DNA of 64,000 nt from an uncultured Methanomicrobiaceae archaeon (GTDB lineage: Archaea > Halobacteriota > Methanomicrobia > Methanomicrobiales > Methanoculleaceae): NCBI GenBank assembly GCA_963826525.1, contig CAWGXH010000003.1, positions 32,001 through 96,000 of the forward strand, written 5' to 3'. The notes beneath the pieces are model-generated. The model searched no databases. It was not told where the DNA came from and saw nothing but the letters and a program-made list of their open reading frames with translations. The first letter of the stretch is position 1, and each line of letters starts with the position of its first letter. Both the position numbers and the translations under genes were made by a program. Below, one piece after another: positions 50,096 through 59,775 of this stretch.

Positions 50096-50958
50096 AGCAG
50101 GTCACGGATCAGACCGGGGATCTCCGACGGGCGGGATGCTACCGGCACGCCAAGGGCTTTGAGCCGCTGAACCTTTGACCGGGCGTCGCCCTCGCCTCCC
50201 TCGATGATGGCGCCGGCATGACCCATCCGCTTCTCCGGCGGAGCGCTCACCCCGGCGATGTAGGTGACGACGGGGAGCTCGGCCGACCGGACGCCCTCCT
50301 CCTCGAGGTTGCCGCCGACCTCGCCGATGACGACGACTGCCTCTGTCTCCGGGTCGTCTGCGAAGCGTTCGAGCACGTCCACGAACGTCTGCCCGATGAC
50401 CGGATCGCCGCCGATCCCGACGATCGTGCTCTGCCCGATCCCTGCACGGGTCAGCTCGTCGACGACCTCGTAGGTGAGCGTTCCGCTCCGGGAGATGACT
50501 CCCACCGGGCCGCGGATGGCGAGGTGGGCGGGCATGATGCCGAGTTTGCACTCGCCGGGAGAGAGGAGGCCGGGGCAGTTCGGGCCGATCACCGCGCAGT
50601 CATGGAGTTTTGCGTAGGAGATGGCTTTCATCGCATCGTGCACCGGGATATGCTCGGTGATGGCGACGACGAGTTCGAGGCCTGCATGGGCAGCCTCCAT
50701 GATGGAGTCGCCGGCGGCACCGCCCGGGACGAAGACGACGCTTGCGGTTGCGTCGTGCTCCCGGAGAGCCTCCCGAACCGTATTGTAGACCGGAACGCCG
50801 TGAACCTCCCGGCCTCCCTTGCCCGGGGCGACCCCGGCAACGACCCCGCGTCCGCCGACCGAGCGTGCGTAGGCGTTCATCAGATCGGTATGAAACGCGC
50901 CCTGTTTGCCGGTGGCGTTCTGGACGATGACACCGAGGTCTCTGTCGCCGTAGATCAT
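50092..50958 (-). CDS. sucD: Succinate--CoA ligase alpha subunit
   Basis: TGKQG.FH, GPNCPG, SRSGTL, GIGGD, GEVGG, MGHAGA (phospho-His). Confidence 0.92.
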   Translation of the reverse strand: MIYGDRDLGVIVQNATGKQGAFHTDLMNAYARSVGGRGVVAGVAPGKGGREVHGVPVYNTVREALREHDATASVVFVPGGAAGDSIMEAAHAGLELVVAITEHIPVHDAMKAISYAKLHDCAVIGPNCPGLLSPGECKLGIMPAHLAIRGPVGVISRSGTLTYEVVDELTRAGIGQSTIVGIGGDPVIGQTFVDVLERFADDPETEAVVVIGEVGGNLEEEGVRSAELPVVTYIAGVSAPPEKRMGHAGAIIEGGEGDARSKVQRLKALGVPVASRPSEIPGLIRDLL

Positions 50959-52041
50959 GACGATGCCTCCACTGCTGCCTTGACGGCGGTGTCCATGCTC
51001 TCGAGCATCCGGTAGCCGTGCTCCGCGAGGAGGCGCTTGCCTTCCTCCTCGTTCGTCCCGGCCATCCGGACGATCACCGTCGGGGCGACCCCGGCGGCGA
51101 TGATCCCCTTCGCAACCTCGTCGCACCGGGTGATGCCGCCGAGGAGATTGACCACGATCACCTTTACGGACGGCATGCCGGCGACGAGCTGCACCGCGCG
51201 ACGCACCCGTTCCTGGTCTGCCCCGCCGCCGACATCGAGGAAGTTCGCGGCGTTGCCCCGGTAGTACTCGATGAGGTCGAGCGTGGACATCGTCAGGCCC
51301 GCCCCGTTGCCGATGACCCCGATGCTCCCCTCGATGCTCCACGTAGGAGAATCCGTGCCGCTCAGCCTCCTGCTCCCGCGCGGAGAGATCGCGGTTGACG
51401 GTGATACCCTGGCGTGCGAGCGCATTGTCGTCGATGATCAGCTTTGCGTCCGCAGCATAGACGCCCTTTTCGGTGGTAACGAGCGGATTGATCTCGGCGA
51501 GCATTGCATCCTTCTCCATAAATACACGGTAGAGCCGGTTGATCACCGGTGCGAGCTCCTTCGGCGCACCGCCGAGGAGCTCCCGCATCAGGAAGGGGGG
51601 CACTTCCCGGAGGAGCGGCGGCAGGGTGACCCTCCTGACGGCGTTCTCGTCCTCTCGTGCGGCGTTCTCGATCTCGACGCCGCCGGCATCGGCGAAGAGG
51701 ATCACCGGCCCCTTCGTGGACCGGTCGATGGCGATCGAGAGGTAGTACTCGTGGGTGATCGGGAGCCGCTCTTCGACCAGGATCTCGCGGACGGAGAGTC
51801 CCTTAATCGTCCGTGAAAAGAGGTCGCGGGCGGTATCGGCCGCATCCGCATCGCTCGCCTTCAGGATGCCGCCGGCTTTTCCGCGTCCCCCGACGTCCAC
51901 CTGCGCTTTCAGCACCACGGTATCTCCGATTGCCGCAAGGTGGGGGAGAACTTCATCGGGCGCCCTGATCAGTACACTCTTCGGAACCGGTATCCCGTAT
52001 TCGGAAAATACCGCCTTTGCCTCGTACTCCAGCAGTTTCAT
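50955..52041 (-). CDS. sucC: Succinate--CoA ligase beta subunit (frameshift at ~51335)
   Basis: MKLLEYEAK, KAQV..GGRGKAGG, EINPL, DAK; then GNGAGL.M, NFLDVGG, GGITRCD in the next frame. Confidence 0.9.
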
Positions 52042-52577
52042 AGTTTACATGCCTCCTCGCCGAGTTCGAACCCGCGTTTGAGAGCTTTTAGGTTGAGTTC
52101 TTCCGTGCCCTTCGGGACACTGTCGAGCACCGCCTTCTCGATTGCCGCCCTGCTCACGATACCGGTGCCTGCCACGAGAGCGCCGATCATGATGATGTTC
52201 GCGACAATCTCGCGCTTGAATGTTGATTTTGCCTCTGCGGTTGCCGGGATCTCGCAGCTCCGGCATCCCGGCCGCGAGTGGACGAGGCCGGAATCGACGA
52301 GCATCACGGCATCCCCGCCAGCGTGAACGCCGTACTTCTCGAATCCCTGCTGCGACATGATGACGAAGATGTCGGGCTCCGTCACCTCGGGGAAGAGGAT
52401 CGGGTCGTCGTCGATGACGACCTGCCCCATCGACGCGCCTCCGCGGGCTTCAGGGCCGTAGACCTGCGTCTGGACGGCGTACTTCTCGTCGTAGAGCGCC
52501 GCCGCCCGCCCGAGGATGACGACCGAGAGGATGATCCCCTGCCCGCCGAAGCCGGAGAACCGGATCTCGCGCCTCAT
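52038..52577 (-). CDS. korC: 2-oxoglutarate:ferredoxin oxidoreductase gamma subunit
   Basis: GFGGQG, YGPEARGG, NLKAL..G; C-terminal part of ORF 52038..53471. Confidence 0.88.
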   Translation of the reverse strand: MRREIRFSGFGGQGIILSVVILGRAAALYDEKYAVQTQVYGPEARGGASMGQVVIDDDPILFPEVTEPDIFVIMSQQGFEKYGVHAGGDAVMLVDSGLVHSRPGCRSCEIPATAEAKSTFKREIVANIIMIGALVAGTGIVSRAAIEKAVLDSVPKGTEELNLKALKRGFELGEEACKL

Positions 52578-53362
52578 CGCCGCACCCCCATCGCCGGCCT
52601 GCTGCGCCTGACGAGCTCGCCGACCGTGAACATATCCTCGGGGACCGGTCTCCCCTCGCTCTCGAGCCTTCGCTTCTTCTCGACGAGGAGTGCGTGCGTC
52701 CGCATATGTTCGATCATATCCGAGACTTTCCGGAGTTTGTTCCGGCGGCCGTAGTTCGTCGGGCACTGCGTCACCACCTCGATGAACGAGAGCCCCGGTG
52801 TCTGCATGCCGGCGGTGATCGCCCGCGTGAGCTCCTTGACGTGGTATGCCGTCCACCGGGCGACGTAGTTTGCGCCGGCGGCGACGGCGAGCTCCGCAAG
52901 ATCGAAGGTCGGTTCGGCGGATCCGTAGGGTGTCGTCGTCGACTGCGCTCCCATCGGGGTGGTGGGGCTTCCCTGCCCCCCGGTCATCCCGTAGATCTGG
53001 TTGTTCATGCAGACGACCGTCATATCGACGTTCCGCCGGCAGGCGTGGATGAAGTGGTTGCCTCCGATGGCGGCAAGGTCGCCGTCGCCGGTGAAGACGA
53101 CCACGTTCAGGTCGGGTTTTGCCATCTTCACGCCGGTGGCGAAGGCCAGTGCCCGGCCGTGCGTGGTGTGGAGTGAATCGGTCTCGATGTAACCCGGTGC
53201 CCGGGAGGAGCACCCGATTCCGGAGACGAAGACGGTATTGTCGCGCTCCCATCCCATCCCGGTGACGGCGGCGAGGGTGCAGTTGATGACCGTGCCGTTC
53301 CCGCACCCGGCGCAGTAGATGTGGGGCAGCCGATCGGTTCTGAACCAGTCTTCGACGTTCAT
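52574..53362 (-). CDS. korB: 2-oxoglutarate:ferredoxin oxidoreductase beta subunit
   Basis: CAGCG, SGIGCS, HGRA, GDGD...IGGNH, NN.IYGMTGGQ.SPTT. Confidence 0.92.
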   Translation of the reverse strand: MNVEDWFRTDRLPHIYCAGCGNGTVINCTLAAVTGMGWERDNTVFVSGIGCSSRAPGYIETDSLHTTHGRALAFATGVKMAKPDLNVVVFTGDGDLAAIGGNHFIHACRRNVDMTVVCMNNQIYGMTGGQGSPTTPMGAQSTTTPYGSAEPTFDLAELAVAAGANYVARWTAYHVKELTRAITAGMQTPGLSFIEVVTQCPTNYGRRNKLRKVSDMIEHMRTHALLVEKKRRLESEGRPVPEDMFTVGELVRRSRPAMGVRR

Positions 53363-54459
53363 CGCACCGCCTCCAGCGCTGCCGCGAGTTCGGCAGGGGT
53401 ATGGAGCTCCCCGCCGATCTTCGGGAGCATGACGACCTTCTGGTCGACGTGCCGCTCGACCTCCCGTGCAATCTGCCCCAGATTCAGTTCCGGCATCAGG
53501 AAGACCTTCGCATCTGCAAACTCTTTGAGGGCGAACTCGGGGAACGGCCAGACCACCTTCAGGCGGAGGTGCCCGATATTCTCGTCCGGCAGGTCGTGCA
53601 TGAGCTGCTGCACCGTCCGCGACGGCGGGCCGTAGGTGACGAAGACGAACTCTGCGTCCGGGTTCGTCACTTCGTAGTCCGCCATCTCGCGGCGTGCCGA
53701 CTCGACCTTTCGCATCAGGCGCCGCACCAGGGCGTCGTGCGCCTCGGGATCCGTCGTATCCGGGTAGCCGCGCTCGTTGTGCGTGAGGCCCGTCACGTGG
53801 ACGTGCCGTCCCGTCCCGAACGGGGCGAACCCGGGTATGCCGTCAGGATCCGCCTCAAACGGCAGTTTACCCTCTGCGAGGGGGCGCCGGGGGACGGTCT
53901 CGACCGAGTCCGGGATGACGACCTTCTCCCGCATGTGGCCGATGATCTCGTCCGACATCAGGAAGACCGGCACCCGGTAGCGGTCGGCGAGGTTGAAGGC
54001 CTTCGCCGTCAGGTCGAACATCTCCTGGACGCTATTCGGGGTGATCGCGATCGCGCTGTAATCACCGTGCGACCCGAACCGGCACTGCATCATATCTCCC
54101 TGCGCCGCCCTGGTCGGCTGGCCGGTGCTCGGGCCGCCGCGCTGGATATTGACGATGACAAGGGGCGTCTCGGTCATGACAGCGTAGCCGATATTCTCCA
54201 TCATCAGCGAAAAGCCGGGCCCGCTCGTGGCGGTCATTGCTCTCGCCCCCGTCCAGGCGGCTCCGATCACCGAGGCGATGCTCCCTATCTCGTCTTCCAT
54301 GGAGATGAACGTCCCGCCGACTTTCGGAAGTCTCCGCGCCATAAGCTCCGCGACCTCCGTCGACGGCGTGATGGGGTAGCCCCCGAAGTACCGGCAGCCT
54401 GCGGCGAGCGCCCCTTCGGCGCAAGCAGTATTGCCCTGCATGAACTCAACTTTGCTCAA
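53359..54459 (-). CDS. korA: 2-oxoglutarate:ferredoxin oxidoreductase alpha subunit
   Basis: GYPITPSTE, EDEI, TATSGPG, QRGGPSTG.PT; TTG start. Confidence 0.92.
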   Translation of the reverse strand: MSKVEFMQGNTACAEGALAAGCRYFGGYPITPSTEVAELMARRLPKVGGTFISMEDEIGSIASVIGAAWTGARAMTATSGPGFSLMMENIGYAVMTETPLVIVNIQRGGPSTGQPTRAAQGDMMQCRFGSHGDYSAIAITPNSVQEMFDLTAKAFNLADRYRVPVFLMSDEIIGHMREKVVIPDSVETVPRRPLAEGKLPFEADPDGIPGFAPFGTGRHVHVTGLTHNERGYPDTTDPEAHDALVRRLMRKVESARREMADYEVTNPDAEFVFVTYGPPSRTVQQLMHDLPDENIGHLRLKVVWPFPEFALKEFADAKVFLMPELNLGQIAREVERHVDQKVVMLPKIGGELHTPAELAAALEAVR

Positions 54460-54730
54460 AACTCGACCTCCACTCTGTGCGGCTCGAACGGTTTCTCCTC
54501 TTCCCAGTGTATCGCCTGATCCGGGCAGATCATGCTGCAGACTCCGCAGAGCATCCGGCCGTAGAGGTGCCGGAGGCGGCAGTTCGTGCACCGCTCCGGG
54601 CGATCGAGGACGGGGACGACGATCCCCCGGCGGTTCGGCGTTTTTCCCTCCTGAAATATGGAGGTACAGGACAGACCAGAACACAGAGATTGCAGCCTTT
54701 GCAGCGGCTTTCATCGATGACGAGCTTCAT
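54456..54730 (-). CDS. korD: 2-oxoglutarate:ferredoxin oxidoreductase delta (ferredoxin) subunit (frameshift at ~54665)
   Basis: CKGCNLC...CP, then CTNC..LCGVC...CPDQAI in another frame. Confidence 0.85.
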
Positions 54731-55284
54731 GGGACGTATCCTGATTCGTTATTGAATTCGCGGTTAAATTGTGTTTTCGCTTTACTTCTCACCGCTTCAA
54801 AGAGATCGCCGCCGTGAGCGTCTATCCCGACGGTCAGGGGCAGCTCGTCGACCTCGATGACCCAGACCGCCTCCGCCATGCCGAGATCTTCGAAGTAGAC
54901 GCCGACAAGGCGCATGCGGGCGGCGGCAAGCGCTGCACACCCCCCGGTGAACGCGAGGTAAACGGCGCGGCCGCGGAGCTGGCGGACAACCTCCCCGCTC
55001 ATGCCTCCCTTTCCGATGAGGGCGCGGACACCCGCGTCGAGCACGAATCCGGTGAGCGTATTCATCCGGGCGGAGGTGGTGGGGCCGGCGACGACGATCC
55101 GGTTGTCCTGGACGATGGGTCCGCAGTGGTAGATCACGGCCCCTTTCGGATCGAAGGGGATCCCTTCCTCCAGCATCCGGAGGTGCGCCTCGTCGCGGGC
55201 AGTGTAGATAGTCCCCGAGAGTGTTACCCGGTCGCCCGCCCGGAGCGAGAGAACCTCGTCGCCGAGCGGTGTCGTCAGGTTCAT
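54727..55284 (-). CDS. fumB: Class I fumarate hydratase, beta (C-terminal) subunit
   Basis: TARDEAH, GPTTSARM, IGKGG, LGMAEA. Confidence 0.88.
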   Translation of the reverse strand: MNLTTPLGDEVLSLRAGDRVTLSGTIYTARDEAHLRMLEEGIPFDPKGAVIYHCGPIVQDNRIVVAGPTTSARMNTLTGFVLDAGVRALIGKGGMSGEVVRQLRGRAVYLAFTGGCAALAAARMRLVGVYFEDLGMAEAVWVIEVDELPLTVGIDAHGGDLFEAVRSKAKTQFNREFNNESGYVP

Positions 55285-56123
55285 CGGTCTGCCTCCACCG
55301 GGACGGTCGCTCTCCGGCATGCCCAGCACTGGATATTCACGGCGACCGGCAGCGAGGCGGTGTGGCAGTCGGCACGCTTCACCTTGACCGCAAGCGCCGT
55401 GGTAGTGCCGCCGAGCCCCATCGGGCCGATCCCGAGCCGGTTGATGGCATCGCAGATCTCGGTTTCATAGGGATCCATCACGTTGATAGGGTCGAGCAGC
55501 GCTTCTTTCGCGAGTGCCGCCGCCATATCGAACGTCCCGCCTATGCCGACACCGACGACGATCGGCGGGCAGGGTTTTCCGCCGGCGATGAGGACAGTCT
55601 CCACCACGAACCGCGGGATATCGCCCGCCTGCGAAGGGAGGAGCATACCGATCCGGGAAGCGTTCTCGGAGCCCGCACCCTTCGGAAGGACGGTGACCTC
55701 GAAGCGTTCTCCCGGACGAACGTGGATCGCGGGCATCCCGGTCCCGGTGTTGTCTCCTGTATTTGCCCGAGTCAGCGGATCGACGACGTTCGGGCGGAGC
55801 GGGACCACTCTCGTGGCACGGCGAACACCCTCCCGGACCGCCTCGTAGAGAGCCGGCGTAAACGGCACCTCGGGAGGGATCGTAAGATAGATGACCGGCA
55901 CTCCCGTATCCTGACAGATCGGAACTCTCCTCTCGCCGGCGATGGCGATATTCTCGAGGATGGTCGAGAGTTCCCGTGCGGCGACGGCGTTCTCTTCGGC
56001 CGCCGCCGCCCGTTCCAGCGTCTCGAGGACGTCGGGGGGAAGCTCGATCTCCGCCTGCTGTAGAGCCCGGCACGTTGCACGGGTGAGTGCGTCCAGAAGT
56101 GGGGAATCCGCCGGATTGTCCAT
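55281..56123 (-). CDS. fumA: Class I fumarate hydratase, alpha (N-terminal) subunit
   Basis: CQDTG, KGAGSEN, PCPP...GIGG, GIGPMGLGG, H.ASLPV...CWA.R. Confidence 0.88.
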   Translation of the reverse strand: MDNPADSPLLDALTRATCRALQQAEIELPPDVLETLERAAAAEENAVAARELSTILENIAIAGERRVPICQDTGVPVIYLTIPPEVPFTPALYEAVREGVRRATRVVPLRPNVVDPLTRANTGDNTGTGMPAIHVRPGERFEVTVLPKGAGSENASRIGMLLPSQAGDIPRFVVETVLIAGGKPCPPIVVGVGIGGTFDMAAALAKEALLDPINVMDPYETEICDAINRLGIGPMGLGGTTTALAVKVKRADCHTASLPVAVNIQCWACRRATVPVEADR

Positions 56124-56279
56124 TATTTATAATGGAGAGAAGACACTATAAAAATCTATATTCCCGCCCGTTTGCCCGGGAGCTCGACTTCCCGGATATG
56201 CGGTGCGCACCGCTCCCGTGGGAAGCGCTGCGACTCGCCTCCTGCTTCCGGGTGCGGCGGAAAAATGGGAGAAGGGGAT

Positions 56280-56795
56280 TTATTGTGACACGGGGTGCTC
56301 TTCGATAACGATGCGTGCAGGTGAGGGGAGCTTGTACGTGCCGTTTCTGATGGCGGCTTTTGCCTTATCCACGTACTGTTGGGTCGTCCAGACCGAGAAG
56401 ATCTTCTGGTCCCTCTCCACGCGTGCTGCGGTACCGACGGCCTTGCCGAACGCGAGCCGCATACCTTCCGAGACACGGTCCGCACCTGCGCCGGTCGCCT
56501 GCTTGTTCTCGCGGAGCACGTGGTGGGGGTAAGTCCGAAGCTTCAGGTGGAAGTTCATCCTGCCGACATCCTTGGTGAGCTTACGGTTAATGCTGATACG
56601 GGCTGCCTCGAGGGCGGTGTGGCGGATCTGGCAGGCTTCCATGACCTCGATGGAGAGCTCGATGGGGAAATCCACCTGAAGATTACCCATGTCAAACTGC
56701 ACGATCTTGCTGCCCGGGACCCCGCCCATATATTCTCTTCGCGTATATGCCTTCTTTGCGAGATTCCTGTACATCTTTGCCGGTTTACGTACCAT
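56280..56795 (-). CDS. rpl10e: Ribosomal protein uL16 (L10e)
   Basis: [41 protein letters not shown]. Confidence 0.97.
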   Translation of the reverse strand: MVRKPAKMYRNLAKKAYTRREYMGGVPGSKIVQFDMGNLQVDFPIELSIEVMEACQIRHTALEAARISINRKLTKDVGRMNFHLKLRTYPHHVLRENKQATGAGADRVSEGMRLAFGKAVGTAARVERDQKIFSVWTTQQYVDKAKAAIRNGTYKLPSPARIVIEEHPVSQ

Positions 56796-56856
56796 CGATA
56801 AGAACTCCTGCCTATGGTTGAGTGCTTTATAAAATGGAGATGTTTTCTAATAAATC

Positions 56857-57615
56857 TTACTGGAATTGTTCACCTTCGTTTATCAGCTCGAGCACGTGGC
56901 GCCTGATCTCCGCGAATTCGGTACTCGTCCGATCCCTCGGCCGCGGCCAGGGGAGATCGAGGATCTCTCTGACCGTCCCGGGGCGGCCGGAGAGGATGAC
57001 GATCCTGTCGGAGAGGTAAACGGCCTCATCGACGCTGTGAGTGACGAAGATGATCGTCTTTTTCGTCTGCTCCCAGATGGAGAGGAGCTCTTTCTGCATT
57101 CGGTTCCGGGTCTGGGCGTCGAGCGCACCGAACGGTTCGTCCATGAGGAGGACGTCCGGGTCGTTCGCGAGCGCCCGGGCGATAGCCACCCGCTGCCGCA
57201 TGCCGCCCGAGAGTTCGAAAGGATAGTGATCGCGAAACTCGTCGAGGCCGACGAGGGTGAGATACTCTCCGGCGATCCGGCGGCGCTCGGCCTTCGAAAT
57301 ACCTTTCATCTCAAGGCCGAAGGCGATGTTGTCCGTCACCGTCCGCCAGGGGAAGAGCGAGTACTCCTGAAAGACCATTCCCCGTTTCGGGTCGGGGCTC
57401 CTGATCTCCCGGCCGTCGACGGTGACGCTCCCCGAGGTTGCCGTCTCGAGGCCGGCGACGATCCGAAGCAGGGTCGTCTTGCCGCACCCCGAAGGCCCGA
57501 CGAGACAGACGAACTCGTCGTCGCGGATCTCGAGGTTGATATCGTGGAGTGCGGTGATCGTCTCGTCTTCTTTTGCAAATGCCTTCGAGAGATCCCTGAT
57601 GACGACACGGCCCAT
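56857..57615 (-). CDS. NitT/TauT family ABC transporter ATP-binding protein
   Basis: GPSGCGKTT, LFPW.TV, LSGGMRQR, MDEPFGALDAQTR. Confidence 0.92.
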   Translation of the reverse strand: MGRVVIRDLSKAFAKEDETITALHDINLEIRDDEFVCLVGPSGCGKTTLLRIVAGLETATSGSVTVDGREIRSPDPKRGMVFQEYSLFPWRTVTDNIAFGLEMKGISKAERRRIAGEYLTLVGLDEFRDHYPFELSGGMRQRVAIARALANDPDVLLMDEPFGALDAQTRNRMQKELLSIWEQTKKTIIFVTHSVDEAVYLSDRIVILSGRPGTVREILDLPWPRPRDRTSTEFAEIRRHVLELINEGEQFQ

Positions 57616-57616
57616 A

Positions 57617-58402
57617 TCACACCACCTCTCCTGCCCGCCACTTGAGGAACTGGTTGTCCGTGTATACCCGGAAGAGTCGGTCGATGACAAGGCCGAGGAA
57701 GCCGAGAATGAGCATATACACGACGACGTTCGGCATATTCTGGAGCGAATAGGAGACCCAGAGTTTGTGGCCGATGCCGAACCGGCTGACTCCGAAGATC
57801 TCGGCGGCGACGAGACACATCCATCCGACCCCCATGGCAACGCGGATGCCGGAGGCAATCGCGGGAAGGGCTGCCGGGAGGGCGATATAGCGAATCAGCT
57901 TGCTATTCGTATCGCATCCGAGCACCTTTCCCGCCTCAACGAAGGTCTTCGGGACACCGCGAAGCCCGGTATAGGTGCCGATCAGGATAGGAAAGAACGC
58001 GCCGGCGAAGATGACGAAGCCCGCTGCCTGGGTCGTGAGGCCGAACCAGATGATGGCGAACGGGATCCAGGCGAGCGGCGGTATGGGGCGTAAGACTTCG
58101 ATGATCGGATCCATCAGGGTATCCAGCGTCCGGAACCAGCCCATGCCGACGCCGAGCGGGATGCCGATCAGGAGCGCCGCCCCGAGACCGACGCCGAAGT
58201 GCAGCAGGCTCGTCCCAAGGTCGATCGGAAGCGGTGTGAGCACGGCCGGTGAGAGAAATGCAGAGACGACATCGGTAAAACTCGGGAGAATGACCCGGTT
58301 GTCGACGAACGCCGCCACGACCTGCCAGAGTATGATGGCGCCGGCAATGGATGCGGCCGTCAGGATTCCTCGCCGGGCTCGTGAATGCAATCTGATATTC
58401 AT
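57617..58402 (-). CDS. NitT/TauT family ABC transporter permease
   Basis: RPIPPLAWIP..IWFG, EAA loop, W..LVAAE. Confidence 0.92.
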   Translation of the reverse strand: MNIRLHSRARRGILTAASIAGAIILWQVVAAFVDNRVILPSFTDVVSAFLSPAVLTPLPIDLGTSLLHFGVGLGAALLIGIPLGVGMGWFRTLDTLMDPIIEVLRPIPPLAWIPFAIIWFGLTTQAAGFVIFAGAFFPILIGTYTGLRGVPKTFVEAGKVLGCDTNSKLIRYIALPAALPAIASGIRVAMGVGWMCLVAAEIFGVSRFGIGHKLWVSYSLQNMPNVVVYMLILGFLGLVIDRLFRVYTDNQFLKWRAGEVV

Positions 58403-58522
58403 GACATATTCCGGTTGATCGATGAATGAGTTTTTTAATTCTTGTTCTACTGCAGTAGATTTTCCACTATTTCGTCGCTACGTACGTAAAAGAATGTTTT
58501 GAAAAAGGGATGAGATCCGGCT

Positions 58523-59518
58523 TTAGGCCGTGGCTTTTTCGTAGAACGAGAGGTCGAAGATCTCGTCCTGGGTGAGCGGCTTGTTGACGTAGCCGAGGTC
58601 GTGCTGGATCTCTGTGTAGCTCACCACGGAGTCGGTGATGAGGTTCGGGTCCGATACCCAGGTGCCGTCCCATTCCGCGAAGGACTGCTTCACGACGTTG
58701 ATATCCTGTGCGGTCTTGTTCGCGAAAATTGCGGCAGCATCGTCCTCGTTCGCAAGGTTGTAGTCGGTCGCCTTGATGTGGGTCTTCACGATCTGCTCGA
58801 CGAGCTCGGGCTGCTCGCGGATCAGCTTGCCGCTGACGACCAGAACGCAGCAGGCGTGATCGGGCTGCATCTCGCCGGAGGCGACGACCGAACGGCCGTT
58901 CCCGTTGCTCTCGATGATCGCAGGCGATGGGTGCGGGAGGAAGACGCCGTCGACCTGGTCTGCAGCGATCGCGGTCATCGCGTCACCGGGTGCCATGGCC
59001 ACGATGGTGACGTCCTCATCCGGAGTGAGGTTGTTTGAAAGCAGCCAGTTCCGCAGGAGGGTGTCCTGGATGGTGCCGGGGGGGAAGGTCGCTATCTTCA
59101 GGCCTTTGAGGTCTGCGGGGCTCGCGTATGCGACTTCCGGACGCAGGACGAGGTTTGACCCCTGCGTCTGCACTGCCGCGACGATCTTTGCATCAAGGTC
59201 GCTGTTTGCCATCGCGACGATCGCCGGTGCGGCGCCGACATAGGCGATATCAATCTGATCGGCAATCATCGCCTGCATCTCGGGCGCACCGGTGGGGAAC
59301 TCGGTGTCGGTCACGGTGGTGACGCCGTAGGGTGCGAGGTCTTCCTGCCACCATCCCTTCTCCATCGCCGTCATCTCGGCGATCTGGTGGGTGCTTGGCT
59401 GATAGCCGATGCGAAGGGCGGTAACCTGCTGCTCTCCGCCGGTGCCGGTGCATCCGCTGACAAGGATCAGGGCTACGAGAACCACGGCGGCCATAAGGAC
59501 GGAAACTATCTTTCTCAT
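58523..59518 (-). CDS. NitT/TauT (SsuA-like) ABC substrate-binding lipoprotein
   Basis: VSGC lipobox, IGYQP, DIAYVG..P, DLKG.KIA. Confidence 0.9.
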   Translation of the reverse strand: MRKIVSVLMAAVVLVALILVSGCTGTGGEQQVTALRIGYQPSTHQIAEMTAMEKGWWQEDLAPYGVTTVTDTEFPTGAPEMQAMIADQIDIAYVGAAPAIVAMANSDLDAKIVAAVQTQGSNLVLRPEVAYASPADLKGLKIATFPPGTIQDTLLRNWLLSNNLTPDEDVTIVAMAPGDAMTAIAADQVDGVFLPHPSPAIIESNGNGRSVVASGEMQPDHACCVLVVSGKLIREQPELVEQIVKTHIKATDYNLANEDDAAAIFANKTAQDINVVKQSFAEWDGTWVSDPNLITDSVVSYTEIQHDLGYVNKPLTQDEIFDLSFYEKATA

Positions 59519-59775
59519 ATGTAATACCTCTCTCCGATACCTTTGTATCTGATAAACGTGTGCCCTGTCACTATAAAAGAATGCCGAAAATCCGGGAGAA
59601 TGTTATATTATAGTATGATTTATAGACAAAATTGTATCCTTTAAGGCTAGTATTATGCTTCACGACAGCGATCCTGCCGCCCGCCCGGAAGGGCCTGCCG
59701 CTCCTCTACCGGGGAGGGGCGTGGCCTTAATCAGTCTTCGGAGCGAACCGTAATGAACGAAGGATTGTTGATAGC

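Noticed and set aside
50092-52041. 649-aa SucC-SucD fusion ORF
   Set aside because: The middle section is out-of-frame junk. The true SucC C-terminus is in ORF 50955..51425, and one extra base at ~51335 explains it.
52038-53471. 477-aa ORF suggesting an extended korC
   Set aside because: Only the last 179 aa are KorC; the rest is an alternative frame over korB.
59580-59660. AT-rich, partly palindromic tract as a ModE- or NrpR-type operator
   Set aside because: Symmetry is weak and the spacing does not fit either consensus; it is explained by divergent promoters.
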